A stretch of 64,000 bases of DNA from Hormiphora californensis (GCA_020137815.1 CM035354.1:2356001-2420000); one strand, 5' to 3'. Numbered from the stretch's first letter, positions 12,201-23,025 are shown. The notes: generated by a model from the letters alone, not told the origin. Numbers and translations: made by a program.

Positions 12201-15200
12201 AATGCAGGTATTAATGAAGGGGGGTGGTCTGTCTCCTTGTTTCTCTCAAAATACTAATCCAAAATGAACACCTTTTTGTGAAAATGTCACCCAAAAATCT
12301 TCCTTCAGGGTTTGATATTCCACGACAGTAGAACGTGTGCCAGAGAGAACGAGAAGGGTAAGCTGTGTAACTTGCTTGGTGAGACCCTGACCAATACTAT
12401 TGGTACTGTGTATCTTATTGAGTCAGAAGAGGGTGATGCGATGTTTAGTTTTATAAAGGAGCAGTGGCCGTCCCTTTCCATTTCAAGATGTGACTGTTTA
12501 GTGGATTTGGCGGCTACATCCACTGAGAAATGCAGAATACCATGTGTAGTGGCCGGAACGTTGGATTCAGGTAATTAATGCCATTATAAACATGATAATA
12601 TTTGGTGAAGGGTATACTGTATACTATACTGTATAGTATGCTCGACCTTCTCTAACTGTGGTGGTTAGGGTTAGATCACATGAAGGTGAAGATATTCTTA
12701 TTATTTCAGAATATGATTGCATGGAGTTGTCAGCAGAGGAAGTATCCGTTAGATCGGGTAATTTCCACTGTCTCCATATCCCATCATCCCTTCTCTCAAC
12801 TTCACCCCTGGACCCTATCTTTACTGGCGATGTAGAGTGTGACTGTGTCTTTATTTACTACGAGAAGGCCGGGTATGTGACTAATTTTATTATTCATGAT
12901 ACACCCTCCCTAGTCCCTACATAACACCCTCCCTTTTTTGAGTAAAGGGTGTCTCACCTCTTAGTCTTATTCAACAACCCTCCCTTATACACCCTCCCTA
13001 CACCCTCCCTACGGCCTACGCCTTTTTTAAGTCCCTACAGTCTACACCCTCCTTACACCCTCTCTACACACCCTCCCCACAGATCAATAGAACCGGTAGC
13101 TGGGTTGTGCAGGGCCCTGTTAAGTGGAGGGACGGTGCAGTGTGTGGTAGCAGTAGAGGGTGACCTGACCCCGGACTCTCTTCACACCTACTCTAGCCGC
13201 ATTGAAAATGGTATGAAGTCTGGAGATCTGGTGTACTGCACAGATACTCCTCCAAACCGGGCCATGAGACAGTTGGATGGTAGTGTATGATTGGTAGTGA
13301 GTACTATACTGAAGTATCAGGAACCGATCAAATGAGAAAATACTGGTCCCTGATTGGCTGATTACCAGTCACGTGACCTAAATAACGAGTTCTGATTGGT
13401 TGTTTACTTAATTCGGTCGGTTCCTGGTAGTGAGTACTATACTGAAGTATTCTCCATCTTTATACAGGTGCATTTCAAGTGTACCCTGATGGTGCCCTGT
13501 GTTTTGGGGTGGACTGGACATTGAGGGTGGCCGATTGGAGAGTAGGACTCAGGCTGGTGCTACGGACAACACCTGATATACCCACACCTACAGCTGCACA
13601 ATCCATCTTGGAATCGGTACGTACTGTCTGGCGCCGCGACTGACACTGTGATGATAAACAATGCCCCGTAAACCGGGTTTCATGTTTCACTACCCCTCAA
13701 CTTCCCACGTTCATTGCGCACGTGACTGGGTCACGTGTAAAGGGTGCAATTGCACCCTACAAGAACCTTTCTTAACGAGAGTTGTAGGGTGCAATTGTAG
13801 GGTGCAATTGCAGGGTGTAATAGGTCCTCCTGTTACACCCCTACAGGGTGCAAAGACCTTTCTTAACGAGACAGAAAGTGGATTGCACCCTGCAATTGCA
13901 GGGTGCAATTGCAGGGTGCAATTGGGGGGGGGGGGTGCAGCCCAAAAAAAAACCAACCATACCCTGGATTTTCAAAAGTGTTGATTTTTTTTGGTCGTTT
14001 TTGATTTTTTTTTGATCTTTTTTGATTTTTTTTGATCTTTTTTGATTTTTTTTGGTCGTTTTTGATTTTTTTTGATCTTTTTTGAATTTTTTGGTCGTTT
14101 TTGATTTTTTTTTGGTCGTTTTTGATTTTTTTTGATCTTTTTTGATTTTTTTTGATCGTTTTTGATTTTTTTTGTTGAATTTTTTTGATCGTTTTTGATT
14201 TTTTTTGATATTTTTTGATCGTTTTTGATTCTATTTGATCGTTTTTGATTTTTTTTGAACTTTTTTGTTCAACATTAAACAATTAAAAAAAATCAAAAAC
14301 GATCAAAAAAATTCAAAAACGATCAAAAAAATTCAAAAAAATTCAAAAAAAATCAAAAACGATCAAAAAAAATCAAAAAAGATCAAAAAAAATCAAAAAC
14401 GACCAAAAAAAAATCAAAAACGACCAAAAAAAATCAAAAACGACCAAAAAAAATCAAAAACGACCAAAAAAAATCAAAGAAATTTCAACCAAAAAAAACC
14501 AAAAAAAACCAACCATACCCTGGGTTTCGGAAAAAGTTTGAATTTTTTTGGGGCTGCACCCCCCCCCCGCAATTGTAGTTTTTGTCTCGTTAAGAAAGGC
14601 CCTGAGAGAATCAAATTGGGGTATGGCGTTGGGCACGTCGCGCCCTCTTTTTCGCGCGCGATTTTTCGCGAACCCCTCACACAGAGGGCACAGTCACGAC
14701 TAGAGCACTCGGAAAGTGCTTAGCTGCGGAGGGGCTGCTTCGCAGCCAAGGTATGGCGCCGCCAAACAGATGTTGTGCAGCTGTGTTTTAGTACTCATTT
14801 AGTACTTGGAGGGGGGGGGACATAATAAAACATGCGTATTGTAATTTGTAGGACACAATAATGTGGTGGTAGTAGTACAACAGCAGTCCTGTTAATTTCC
14901 CTAGGGAGTTGGATAAGCGAAAATAAGTTTCGACCCCCTTATCAATTATTGATATCCCTCCCGTCTCCAGATGGATAGAGGATCAGAGAGGTCGGATCAG
15001 CTGATCCACTCAGCTGCCCTTGGCATAGAAGAGATACAGGGAGATAGTGCCAGATCTCTTCTACTCCTCCTCTCCCAGAACCCCCACCTGGACCTGTCAG
15101 AGGTGGAGAGGGAGGATGTCCTACTGGGGACCCTCCTGCAACTCAGGAAAGAGGGCAGAGCTGTCGTGCAAAGGGATACATACCAACACGCCTTCTCTTT

Positions 15201-15207
15201 TCTACAG
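222..15207 (+). CDS. TTC28: TTC28-like TPR protein with degenerate CHAT-like region, partial. Exons approx 222-428, 806-953, 2154-2296, 4503-4693, 4946-5154, 5394-5575, 5769-5955, 6458-6633, 7323-7587, 9177-9350, 9431-9595, 10664-11811, 12004-12207, 12309-12570, 12710-12872, 13083-13279, 13468-13616, 14971-15207
   Basis: GT/AG-bounded exons join in frame into TPR repeats collinear with TTC28 as I recall it: WSK|GYLRKGLALQ, DPFVMLCAVGQELL, IGTDNLRLKGSLMSALASAHW, GDRQGECRALANLGSA, EMKAYSGL, DRAAEGRVYGNLGN, SQALTNGNLGIAFQSLG. The start codon lies upstream of the window; the 3' end is probably lost in the gap. Confidence 0.85.
1230..1350. repeat. (TCTCTG/CT)n microsatellite
   Basis: Visible tctctg/tctgta/ct repeats; the overlapping ORFs are low-complexity artefacts. 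Confidence 0.85.
2320..2492. repeat. ~46-bp minisatellite, about 4 copies
   Basis: ggggttatcatctgttaacccaacgagaattggtctcgttattag repeated just after the exon 3 donor. Confidence 0.9.
2966..4281. mobile_element. ~1.3-kb palindromic foldback (non-autonomous DNA transposon)
   Basis: Ends ataatctgttgaattcttg ... caagaattcaacagattat; the arms are near-perfect reverse complements up to a centre near 3620; each arm has internal ~165-bp direct repeats (ttaggaaaggagtagagacaaaatc...). Confidence 0.9.
4765..4873. mobile_element. 109-bp hAT-type MITE, copy 1
   Basis: TIR caggaaccgaccgaa / ttcggtcgggtcctg; 8-bp TSD tgttggga. Confidence 0.9.
5179..5224. mobile_element. 46-bp mini-MITE with 5-bp TSD
   Basis: TIR tagggcctgtcacg / cgtgacagaccctg (12 of 14 match), flanked by gtaat on both sides; shares cgactagcaaacacg with the ends of the 24425-29044 element. 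Confidence 0.65.
5934..6131 (+). repeat. 40-bp tandem repeat x5 of an exon end plus splice donor
   Basis: agcaaggcctactgctcaatag|gtaattaattaattaatt at 5934, 5974, 6014, 6054, 6094. Confidence 0.95.
6311..6419. mobile_element. 109-bp hAT-type MITE, copy 2
   Basis: Same sequence as 4765-4873; right end and TSD decayed (atacaaga/atacaggg). Confidence 0.88.
6864..7376 (+). repeat. 75-bp tandem repeat giving 7 copies of a splice acceptor plus exon start
   Basis: cag|gcactaagtatagcagtggaagagggagacactgttagtcaagccctcactaac; acceptor AGs end at 6870, 6945, 7020, 7095, 7172, 7247, 7322 (one unit is 77 bp). Confidence 0.95.
7626..9039. mobile_element. Non-autonomous Tc1/mariner/pogo-type element
   Basis: TA|ccgtaatctggggtaactttg ... 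caaagttaccccaacttacgg|TA, with repeated subterminal ggggtaactttggac motifs; no transposase ORF. Confidence 0.85.
8236..8537. mobile_element. Inverted-repeat segment nested in the Tc1/pogo-type element
   Basis: atccggcctgaaacccatcaaacttc...catccatcctgtag pairs with ctacaggatggatg...gaagtttgatgggtttcaggccggat. Confidence 0.6.
9051..9116. mobile_element. Short hairpin MITE-like element
   Basis: taggttggttacgaa ... ttcgtaaccaaacta; a related core (ttggtaacgaagttacccctc) recurs near 39916. Confidence 0.5.
9731..10657. repeat. 19-bp minisatellite (cctaacaccctcccagttc), about 48 copies, filling a TTC28 intron
   Basis: Period of 19 read directly (taac at 9734, 9753, 9772, 9791); runs into the acceptor at 10663. 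Confidence 0.95.
13318..13426. mobile_element. 109-bp hAT-type MITE, copy 3, with 24-bp flanking duplication
   Basis: Same family; gtagtgagtactatactgaagtat at 13294-13317 and 13427-13450. Confidence 0.88.
13741..14603. mobile_element. Foldback-like element with inverted internal T-rich/A-rich short repeats
   Basis: cctttcttaacgagac (13857) pairs with gtctcgttaagaaagg (14599); (ttttgatc)n at 13981-14270 mirrors (gatcaaaa)n at 14280-14480; agggtgcaattgca repeats on the left. Exact termini uncertain. Confidence 0.75.
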
Positions 15208-15229
15208 GTGGTACAGGCTGAGTTGTTGA

Positions 15230-18200
15230 ATTCATTTTTATTGTGAAAAAGTTAAAACGGGAAAATTTATAAAACATAACGAGCTCATAGGGCTCCACCA
15301 ACAGGGTAAAAACCCGCGGTTACAGGCGGCACCCTCAGGACACACCTTAACAGAGTCTATTAAAATTACTATACGGTAATTTTGTAAAATACACACAGAA
15401 ACACAAGTCCATGAAAAATCTCTCAGCCTGTGCTGTCTCCCAAACACTGCCATCGTGTACACCGAAGAGTTGAGCAGGCGAGGTGAGTTGACGAGTTGAC
15501 GAAGATGTGTTGCAGCTGGTATGCCAGCAGGATACAGGTAGAGGTCAAAAACCACTGAGCGCATGTATATGGGGGAAGTAACATAGGGGGGGGGGTAAAT
15601 AGAGATTAAACCTAGTCACCAAGAGAGTTGAAAATGTGGCATTTGAAACGTAAACAAAAGCTATCATACGAAGTAGATTGTCTAATCTCATATGGGATAG
15701 AATTCCATGCTTTAACAGATCGGTAGAAAAAACTGTTACGGAAAGTACTGGTGCAAGGGTCAACAGTACACTTGATAGTTGTAGTATCGACCCCGTCAAC
15801 AATATCTTTATTCAGTCTAGACCTGTATGAGTAATCCGTAGGGAGAATATAACAAATATAACCCGGGAGGCCGTACGGAGCTAGGCCATGGATAATCTTG
15901 AATAAAAGTTTCATATCGTTGAAATAAAATTGCTCACGAATGGGTAAAATACGAAGAGTCACTAGTTTATCGTAATAATCACGCTCACTCCAACTATCAA
16001 GGGGGCTAACACCATACACCCACTTAATGCATCTTTTTTGAGCAGCCTCCAGATCATTGAGAACACCCACGTGGTGTGGGGTCCAGATTGGAGAGCAGTG
16101 CTCAAGAAATGAGCGCACCAGGGTAACATAGAGGGTACGTTTTTGGTGTGGGTTTACAATCATATACATAGTTCTACGTAATAAGTTGAATCTGTCAGTA
16201 AACTTACCAAGAATGTACTGACAATGGTACCTCCAGTCGAGATCCCGGCATACATAGATACCGAGATCTCGCTGAATATCCACATTATCGAGCACAACTC
16301 CGGCAAGTTTGTAGGAGTAAAGATAGAAAGGTAGCTGACTCCAAGTGGCAACCCAATAGCTCGTTCGGGTAGAGACTACCTTACACTTACCCGGGTGAAA
16401 CACCATCTTATTGGCAACTGCCCAAGATTGTAGACAATCTACTGTGAACTGCAAATCCAAGTGTTCCTGTAGGCAGGCAACCTTACTCCATACTTTCAGG
16501 TCATCTGCATACAACAGCATTTTGGTGTTACCTACGAGGCACTCAGTGATGTCGTCAATAAACATAACAAATAGAAGCGGCCCTAGCAAACTACCCTGGG
16601 GAACACCACTAAGAACTGAGAGAAAAGAAGAAAAACACCCTCCTACAGCCACTCTTTGAGTTCTACCCATAAGATACACCCTGATTAATCCCAGAAGTTT
16701 GCCATCAATACCAAATCTATTACGGATTTTACTCAGAATCAAGTCGTGATTAACTGAGTCAAACGCCTTGGAGAAATCAAAATATATAATATCGGTAGCA
16801 ACTCTCTCATTATCATTAGAAATCAAATCATCGAGGAACAGGACGAGTTGAGTCAGACACGACCTACCAGGTAGGAAACCATGCTGTCTACTGTCAAGCT
16901 TACTAATACAAACGCTAAGTAAACGGTTATAAATCAATCTCTCTAGGATCTTCATAATGATACAAGTAAGCGATATAGGTCTGTAATTGCGCACATCCTT
17001 GGTGTCCCCCGACTTATGTACAGGCACCACATTAGCAGCTTTCCAGATGTTAGGAAGAGCAGAACTATTGTATGCCTGGTTATAAAGTATCGAGAGGGGA
17101 TGCGCCAAGGGACCAGCACATTCCTTATAGATAACGCTATGAATGTCGTCAGGGCCTGCAGCTTTGCGAGCATTAAGCTTAGACAAAACATCGTAAATCT
17201 CACTAGCACTGAACTCCATAACGTAAACATTATCAGTAATATCCGGTAACACACTATAATCACTAGCGGTAGAAAAATTAGATGCAAAACACTCGTTAAA
17301 TAAGTTAGCTTGCTCAACCCCACTAGATCTAAAAACCTCTCCATTGTTAACAATAGGTGGAATACGTGTGGTCTTAGAGTTAACCTTGACCTGGCCCCAG
17401 AAGCGCTTGCTAACGCTATCTCTGTTGTCCATGTCAAGGCTCCCCCTGAGCTTCACATCCTCCAGACGCTTCAAACTTGCCCTGGCGGCCTTCCAATTAC
17501 TCAGGTCAATCTCACTACCGGTCCTTTTGGCTCTAAGTCTAAGATTCTCCTTTCTCTTTCTGGCATGCTCCCACTCCATATCGCGTCCAAGAGGTGCAAG
17601 CGATGGCTTGGTAATCTTGGTCGGGATATGAGTCTCGGAGAGATCATTAATGAGACTGTGGAAAGCATCCCAGTTAGAGTGGATATCTCCGGACAGGACC
17701 CTCAGCCAGTCAATAAAACTAAGATCAGCTTTAAAGCCCTCCCAGTTAGCCAAATCAAAACACTTGATCTTCCTACGAACAACAGTAGTACGCTTCACAT
17801 CAAAGTTAATATTAAACGATATAGCAAAATGGTCACTGAGGCAGAGCTCATGCTGATCATGTATACTAATATTTGACACACACCTGGGATCATTAGAGAA
17901 AAGCAAATCTAAAGTATTACCCTTGCAGTGAGTGGGGGAATTAATGAACTGTGAATGACCGAGGTCACCCATCAGATAAGAGAGAAAGAGTTCCTCCACT
18001 CCACTGCGTGGCTGGGCCTCAGGCCAAATAATTCCAGGAAAGTTAAAATCACCAATAATAACATGCATACAGAACTTTCTACTCTGGAATAAAATATCAA
18101 AATGCTCTTTAAAAGAATCAAAATTAACAGAACCAAGATTTCCTACCCTGTAAAAAGTAGAGATACAAAGCTTCTTGCCGGAGGGAAAAGAAAGAAAAAT

Positions 18201-18520
18201 AGATAGAAGCTCCGCTCTCACGCTGACCTTAGAAAACTTAAAGCTAGAAACATCTAAGTCCTCTTTATGGGCAATGAGCACCCCACCCCCGTTCCTCCTA
18301 AACTTTCTAGGGTTCGATGGATCATGGGGATGAGATTGCTCACTCCTGTCAACACGATAAACTTTAAAATTACGGGGGAAAATACAAGAAGAGCTAATTT
18401 TAACTTTCAGCCAGGTCTCGTTGAAGATAACGATATCAAAATCATGTCGGTAGACAAAATCCCGGATCTCACCAACCTTAGTCATATCCAGAGGTGGCGA
18501 GTCAGATGTTAACGATGTTC
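15230..18520 (-). mobile_element. 5'-truncated CR1/L2-type LINE, antisense in a TTC28 intron
   Basis: EN+RT ORF plus ~380-bp 3' UTR ending near aataaaaatgaa on the - strand; no ORF1, and the first APE strand motif appears to be missing. Confidence 0.9.
15612..18485 (-). CDS. LINE ORF2: APE endonuclease plus reverse transcriptase (957 aa, uninterrupted)
   Basis: ETWL, GGGVLI, GDFN, NTLDL, SDH; KAAGPD, YRPISL, QHGF, DFSKAFDSV, GVPQGSLLGPLLF, YADD, RDLG. Confidence 0.95.
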   Translation of the reverse strand: MTKVGEIRDFVYRHDFDIVIFNETWLKVKISSSCIFPRNFKVYRVDRSEQSHPHDPSNPRKFRRNGGGVLIAHKEDLDVSSFKFSKVSVRAELLSIFLSFPSGKKLCISTFYRVGNLGSVNFDSFKEHFDILFQSRKFCMHVIIGDFNFPGIIWPEAQPRSGVEELFLSYLMGDLGHSQFINSPTHCKGNTLDLLFSNDPRCVSNISIHDQHELCLSDHFAISFNINFDVKRTTVVRRKIKCFDLANWEGFKADLSFIDWLRVLSGDIHSNWDAFHSLINDLSETHIPTKITKPSLAPLGRDMEWEHARKRKENLRLRAKRTGSEIDLSNWKAARASLKRLEDVKLRGSLDMDNRDSVSKRFWGQVKVNSKTTRIPPIVNNGEVFRSSGVEQANLFNECFASNFSTASDYSVLPDITDNVYVMEFSASEIYDVLSKLNARKAAGPDDIHSVIYKECAGPLAHPLSILYNQAYNSSALPNIWKAANVVPVHKSGDTKDVRNYRPISLTCIIMKILERLIYNRLLSVCISKLDSRQHGFLPGRSCLTQLVLFLDDLISNDNERVATDIIYFDFSKAFDSVNHDLILSKIRNRFGIDGKLLGLIRVYLMGRTQRVAVGGCFSSFLSVLSGVPQGSLLGPLLFVMFIDDITECLVGNTKMLLYADDLKVWSKVACLQEHLDLQFTVDCLQSWAVANKMVFHPGKCKVVSTRTSYWVATWSQLPFYLYSYKLAGVVLDNVDIQRDLGIYVCRDLDWRYHCQYILGKFTDRFNLLRRTMYMIVNPHQKRTLYVTLVRSFLEHCSPIWTPHHVGVLNDLEAAQKRCIKWVYGVSPLDSWSERDYYDKLVTLRILPIREQFYFNDMKLLFKIIHGLAPYGLPGYICYILPTDYSYRSRLNKDIVDGVDTTTIKCTVDPCTSTFRNSFFYRSVKAWNSIPYEIRQSTSYDSFCLRFKCHIFNSLGD

Positions 18521-18558
18521 ATATTGTTTTTTTTTCAAACTGTTTTTCATCAAGCTGT

Positions 18559-18660
18559 TCAGTACTCAGTACAGTACTCAGTACACAGACGTTGCAGGCC
18601 CAGTACTGTATACAGTACTGTACTGCACTGCACTGTACTGTACTGTACTGTACTGTACTG
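18559..18660. repeat. (CAGTA/TACTG)n pentamer repeat in inverted arrangement
   Basis: cagtactcagtacagta... followed by tactgtactgtactg... Confidence 0.75.
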
Positions 18661-18741
18661 GGCCTGTTGTAACTTGTTAACCTGCAACGTCACACACTTC
18701 CTATACACTTACAGGGGTTGGGAGTGACAGAGCGGGGAAGT

Positions 18742-18841
18742 NNNNNNNNNNNNNNNNNNNNNNNNNNNNNNNNNNNNNNNNNNNNNNNNNNNNNNNNNNN
18801 NNNNNNNNNNNNNNNNNNNNNNNNNNNNNNNNNNNNNNNNN
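18742..18841. other. Scaffold gap (100 N) followed by ~1.2 kb of error-rich sequence
   Basis: N run; homopolymer-laden sequence at 18842-20100; both flanking genes are truncated here. Confidence 0.97.
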
Positions 18842-20130
18842 AAGGGGCCGGAAATACCGCAGGGGGAAATAAAAAAAAAGGGGGAATTTTTGCTAAAAAA
18901 CCCGAAAAAAAGGGGGGGGGGAAAAAAACCCCCCCCACCAAAAAAAAACCCCCCAAAAAAAACCCCCAAACCCCCACCCCCCCCACCCCCCCCACCCCCC
19001 ATTTTACCACCACCACCACCAACCAACCCCCCTCCTTATCCCCCTCTTATCTCCTCCCTCCCTTCTACTCTATTTTTCCCCTCCTCTGTCCCCCTTCCCC
19101 TCCTATCCCCCTCCCCCTTTTGGTTTGCTTTAGGGCCTCACCCTTTTTGCTGGGATTTTACCAAAAATCCAATTTTTTTCACTGGTTTTACGGCATTCTA
19201 GTTTGTGGGATATTCCCAATGATTGCGTTTTCGCTCTGCTTCACTGCGTTTTCACTCGGCCCCCCACTCTGCTTCACTCTGTTTTCATCTGCATTCGCTT
19301 GCATTCACTCTGATTCGTCTGCTTTCCCCGCATTCATCTGCATTTTTTGCATTCACTCTGCATGCTCGTTTTCATGCGAAAACACATCGATTTAAGGATA
19401 TGGGGGGGAGGGGTAGTAATCTGTTAAAATGATGTTTTAAAAGACTTTATTTTTTGGGTCAAATAAACGGGGTTTAAATGAATAAATAAAACAGACTTGC
19501 TCACTATTATCATAGCGAGCGGTTGTTCATTCATCAATCGCACCAAATATGAGAAATAGTTGTACCTCAATTAGGAGACGGTCATAAGTTTTAGGAGTCA
19601 GGGGGACAGGGGTACTATCCTCTCCAATTATGCTGTCGCACCTCCCCAGGACAACTTCACCAGCACCTGTTGGGGGGGAGAGAGACAGAGAGAGAAGAGG
19701 AAAGGAAAGAGGAGGGAGAGGAAGAGGAGAGAGAAGAGGAGAGGAGAAAAAGGAGAGAGAGAGAGAGGGAAGAAGAGAGGGGTGGGGGGAAAATAGAGAA
19801 AGGAGGGGAGAGAGGGGGGGGAGGGGGGGGGAGGAGGGGAGTAAGGGGGAGAGAAGGGGGGAAAAAAAAGGGAAAAAAAAAAGAACAGAGGGGGGGGAAT
19901 AAGTAAAAGGGGGAAATTAGAGGCCAGACAGGCAATTTAAAACCCCCAGATTGCTTACACGCAAATATAGACGACAAAGCATTTCAGCACAGTTTGAGCT
20001 GCGAAATTTAGATTGACGTCGGGGCCTGGGCCGTATTAGTTTACCGTCACTCCAGACAAAAAAACATCACCCGGGGGGGGGGAAAAAAAAAAGGTAGTTT
20101 TGGGGGAAAAATCAAGAATATTCAACATAC

Positions 20131-20557
20131 CTTTGACAAACATTCTGAATCCAGTGTCCGTCTTCAACACAGTGGCCATACATTTCCGTTTACTATTGAA
20201 CGTGTACACTTTATAGAAATCTTCCTCTGTGTTCTTTTTCCTGATTGCTTCATAATCCTGACCAATCTGGCCAACGAATTGGAGAAGAGAACACTCTGTC
20301 TTGTTTCCGAGGTGCTTGGGCATCTCGCCAGCCTTCGTTGGGGGCTAAAAGAGAGAGAGGGGGTGGCGTGAAAGAGAGGGGGAGGGGGCTGTGTGAGTGA
20401 GAGGAGGGTTGATGATTATATGCTGTGTGTATTGTGTAATGTTCGTGTTGAGTAGAGCAAGGAGAAATGAAAGAATGGAGCGCTCACTATAACAGCACGT
20501 GCCTTTCATTCTCCGCCAATTTATCTCCCTCACTGCCTAGATATCTCTCTTTCTTCC

Positions 20558-20629
<72 letters not shown>

Positions 20630-23025
20630 CTTCTCTACGCAACAGCACTTACAATGACTTTTGATGAGTAGCTGGAGTTGATAGACACGCTATCACAGAA
20701 CAAAGTCACAATTTCCGGACTCAGCATCTCGGGAGTTGGGGTATTTTTCATGAGTTTCCCGCGGAAGAAGCACTGGACAACGCTCATCCTGTTTGTTGTT
20801 AGGGTTCCTGGGGGGTTGTCATGTATAATGGTTGCCATGGCGACCAGGCCACTCTCTTACACACGCTCGAACACAGCTGCTAACATCTTGCACCTGTTTT
20901 GTTACTCATTCAACCAGTACACGCACTCACACACTCCATATCTTCCAAATCCAAAAACTCTATCTCTCCTAGAACTCCACAAACCTGTCTTGTCACTGCA
21001 GATGGCGGTAGCGTTACCCATCGTCTCACAGGCATCCAAATGCCTCACCAAATTATTATCCTTCATCATTTTCTTAACCGAGTAAGCAAGGGAGATGGTC
21101 ACGGCAAGGGGTAGGCCCTCGGGGACGGCCACTACTAGAACGGTGACACCAATAATAAAGTAGTGTAGAAGATCCGACATGTATTCACTGCTCCAACCCT
21201 TGAACTTGCCATAAGTACCAGTTATAAGGTCAACTGTGGCTGCCGTACAATCTGCTTCAGTCATGGTAGTGTTCCAACGGGGGTATGCTGCGAGAAAAGA
21301 GATAGAGGTCTGTCATCACATTATACCTTACATTACCTTATTACATTCTGTGCTTATTTCTCTATCTTTTATCTATCTTTCTCTCCATGCTTTTTCTGTG
21401 TTTCCCTATCATTTATCTATCATTCTCTCTCTCTCTTACCACTGTCAGTTGCATTGCTTGAGGTAAGCCGGCAGCCGTCAATACCAAAAGCAAAGTGCGT
21501 CAAGCAGAATTTAATGATCAACACGAGTATGGTCAAGACGGCCGCGACAGTACCAAAGTATCCAATCTGGATGGCCAAACGGGTTAGTTTTCCCTGTAGC
21601 ACGCTCTTCTCCTTCTTACTGGCAGATTTAACGTGCTTTTTTCCATTCCCGTTCATCATCTTCTCAGCTTCCTCGGGCACTTCTGAAAGGGGGAGGGGGC
21701 TTATGAAACAGAAGGGGATTTAATGCGACCAGGGGGTTAGGAACTTAAAAGATAAACTATTAGATAGATCGGGATTCGGCAATACACTGGGGAGATAATT
21801 GTGGGCGGGGGGGGGGGGGTCAACACACACACACACAAATAAAGAGAGATGGAAAATATTCAAGTCTCTTTTGCAGGTTGCTCAATGAGGCTCCAAACCC
21901 ACGTGTGAAACAAAACAACATTCAGTTTCACAATGTGCGTTTCATTAGGAAAGGTAAAACAGAGAATGTTTAAAACACACCCAATACACGCAATACCCAT
22001 GAATGCACATATCTTACCCTCATCTTCGTACTCCGAATCAGATTCTAAATGATAACAGGTCAGCACAGAGACAAAATGCCTGCCACAATTGCAGCTCAAA
22101 ACAAGTAATAGCTTGTCACACACACATAGCATATATTGTAGCTACAAGAACTAGATAGTGAATCCAAGAATAACAAGACACTTACCAACATCATCATCCG
22201 AATCTTCGTCATCTTTTTCCGCCTCAATCAGCGTCATAATAATCCCAGCCTGAGAGTTGGGTCCCACGGCGGTAACCAGCATCTTACAGCTCCCCTCCAT
22301 AACGCTCGTCCCTGAGAGCAGCATGGGATCTTTCTCCCGGTTCTTTTTGATGTGATCCGTCTCCCCGGTGAGAGTGCTCTCATCAATGGCCAGATCATTG
22401 CCGGTCAGGTAGATACCATCAGCAGGAAGGATATCCCCATAACCCAGCTGGATAATCTCACCCACCACAACCTCCTTCGTGTACAACTTGATGGACTCAC
22501 CGTCCCTAATTACACTTATCATGGCATTATCATCCAACTTGGACTGCAAGGACCTGAACTGCCGCTCTTTTGAGTAGTCGTTACCCGCAGTTACAAGAAT
22601 GACAAGGCACACAGAGATGAGGATGGCGGCTCCCTCGATCCAGCCCGTTCCAGACATTTTCTCGACTGTCATCCAGAGGATTATACTGAAGACAGCGGCA
22701 ACTACAAGGATAATAAGGGTTATATCCTGAGCAGCTTCGAGGCACAGATGAAGGAACGATTTGGGTGCTTTCGGTTCGACAAAGTTTTTCCCAAATGCAG
22801 TTACTCGCTCCTCAATATCTTCAGCATCATCATTTTTCAATCCACTAGTTGCGTTTGATTTCAGCAACTTCACCAAGTTATCTATTCCCTCGTATTTCTC
22901 CTCTATTATGTCCCGTCCGTCTGCGGAGCGGTTCTCCATGAGCTTCCTGAGCTCCTCAACGGTAGCACCAAACCCAGTCATATTGACCTCGAGCTTCTTC
23001 TTTTCTCTTTGGTGTACTACATATC
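20131..23025 (-). CDS. ATP2B: Plasma-membrane Ca2+-ATPase (PMCA, P2B), N-terminal half. Exons 23025-22186, microexon 22044-22018, 21682-21440, 21287-20985, 20807-20653, 20344-20131
   Basis: [69 protein letters not shown], phosphorylation motif CSDKTG|TLTTNRM, GNKTEC, FNSKRK, FVKG. Confidence 0.95.
20560..20627. repeat. (CT)n microsatellite
   Basis: Pure ct run in a PMCA intron. Confidence 0.95.

Noticed and set aside
13863-14723. Lys-rich ORFs (KKIKNDQ repeats)
   Set aside because: Translations of A/T-rich inverted repeats.
16160-18512. Short overlapping ORFs within the LINE
   Set aside because: Antisense or alternate-frame shadows of ORF2 with no recognisable motifs.
18842-20100. Pro/Lys/Gly/Glu-rich ORFs and an apparent PMCA truncation or pseudogene
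   Set aside because: Homopolymer-rich low-quality sequence beside the N gap; the missing exons are better explained by assembly.
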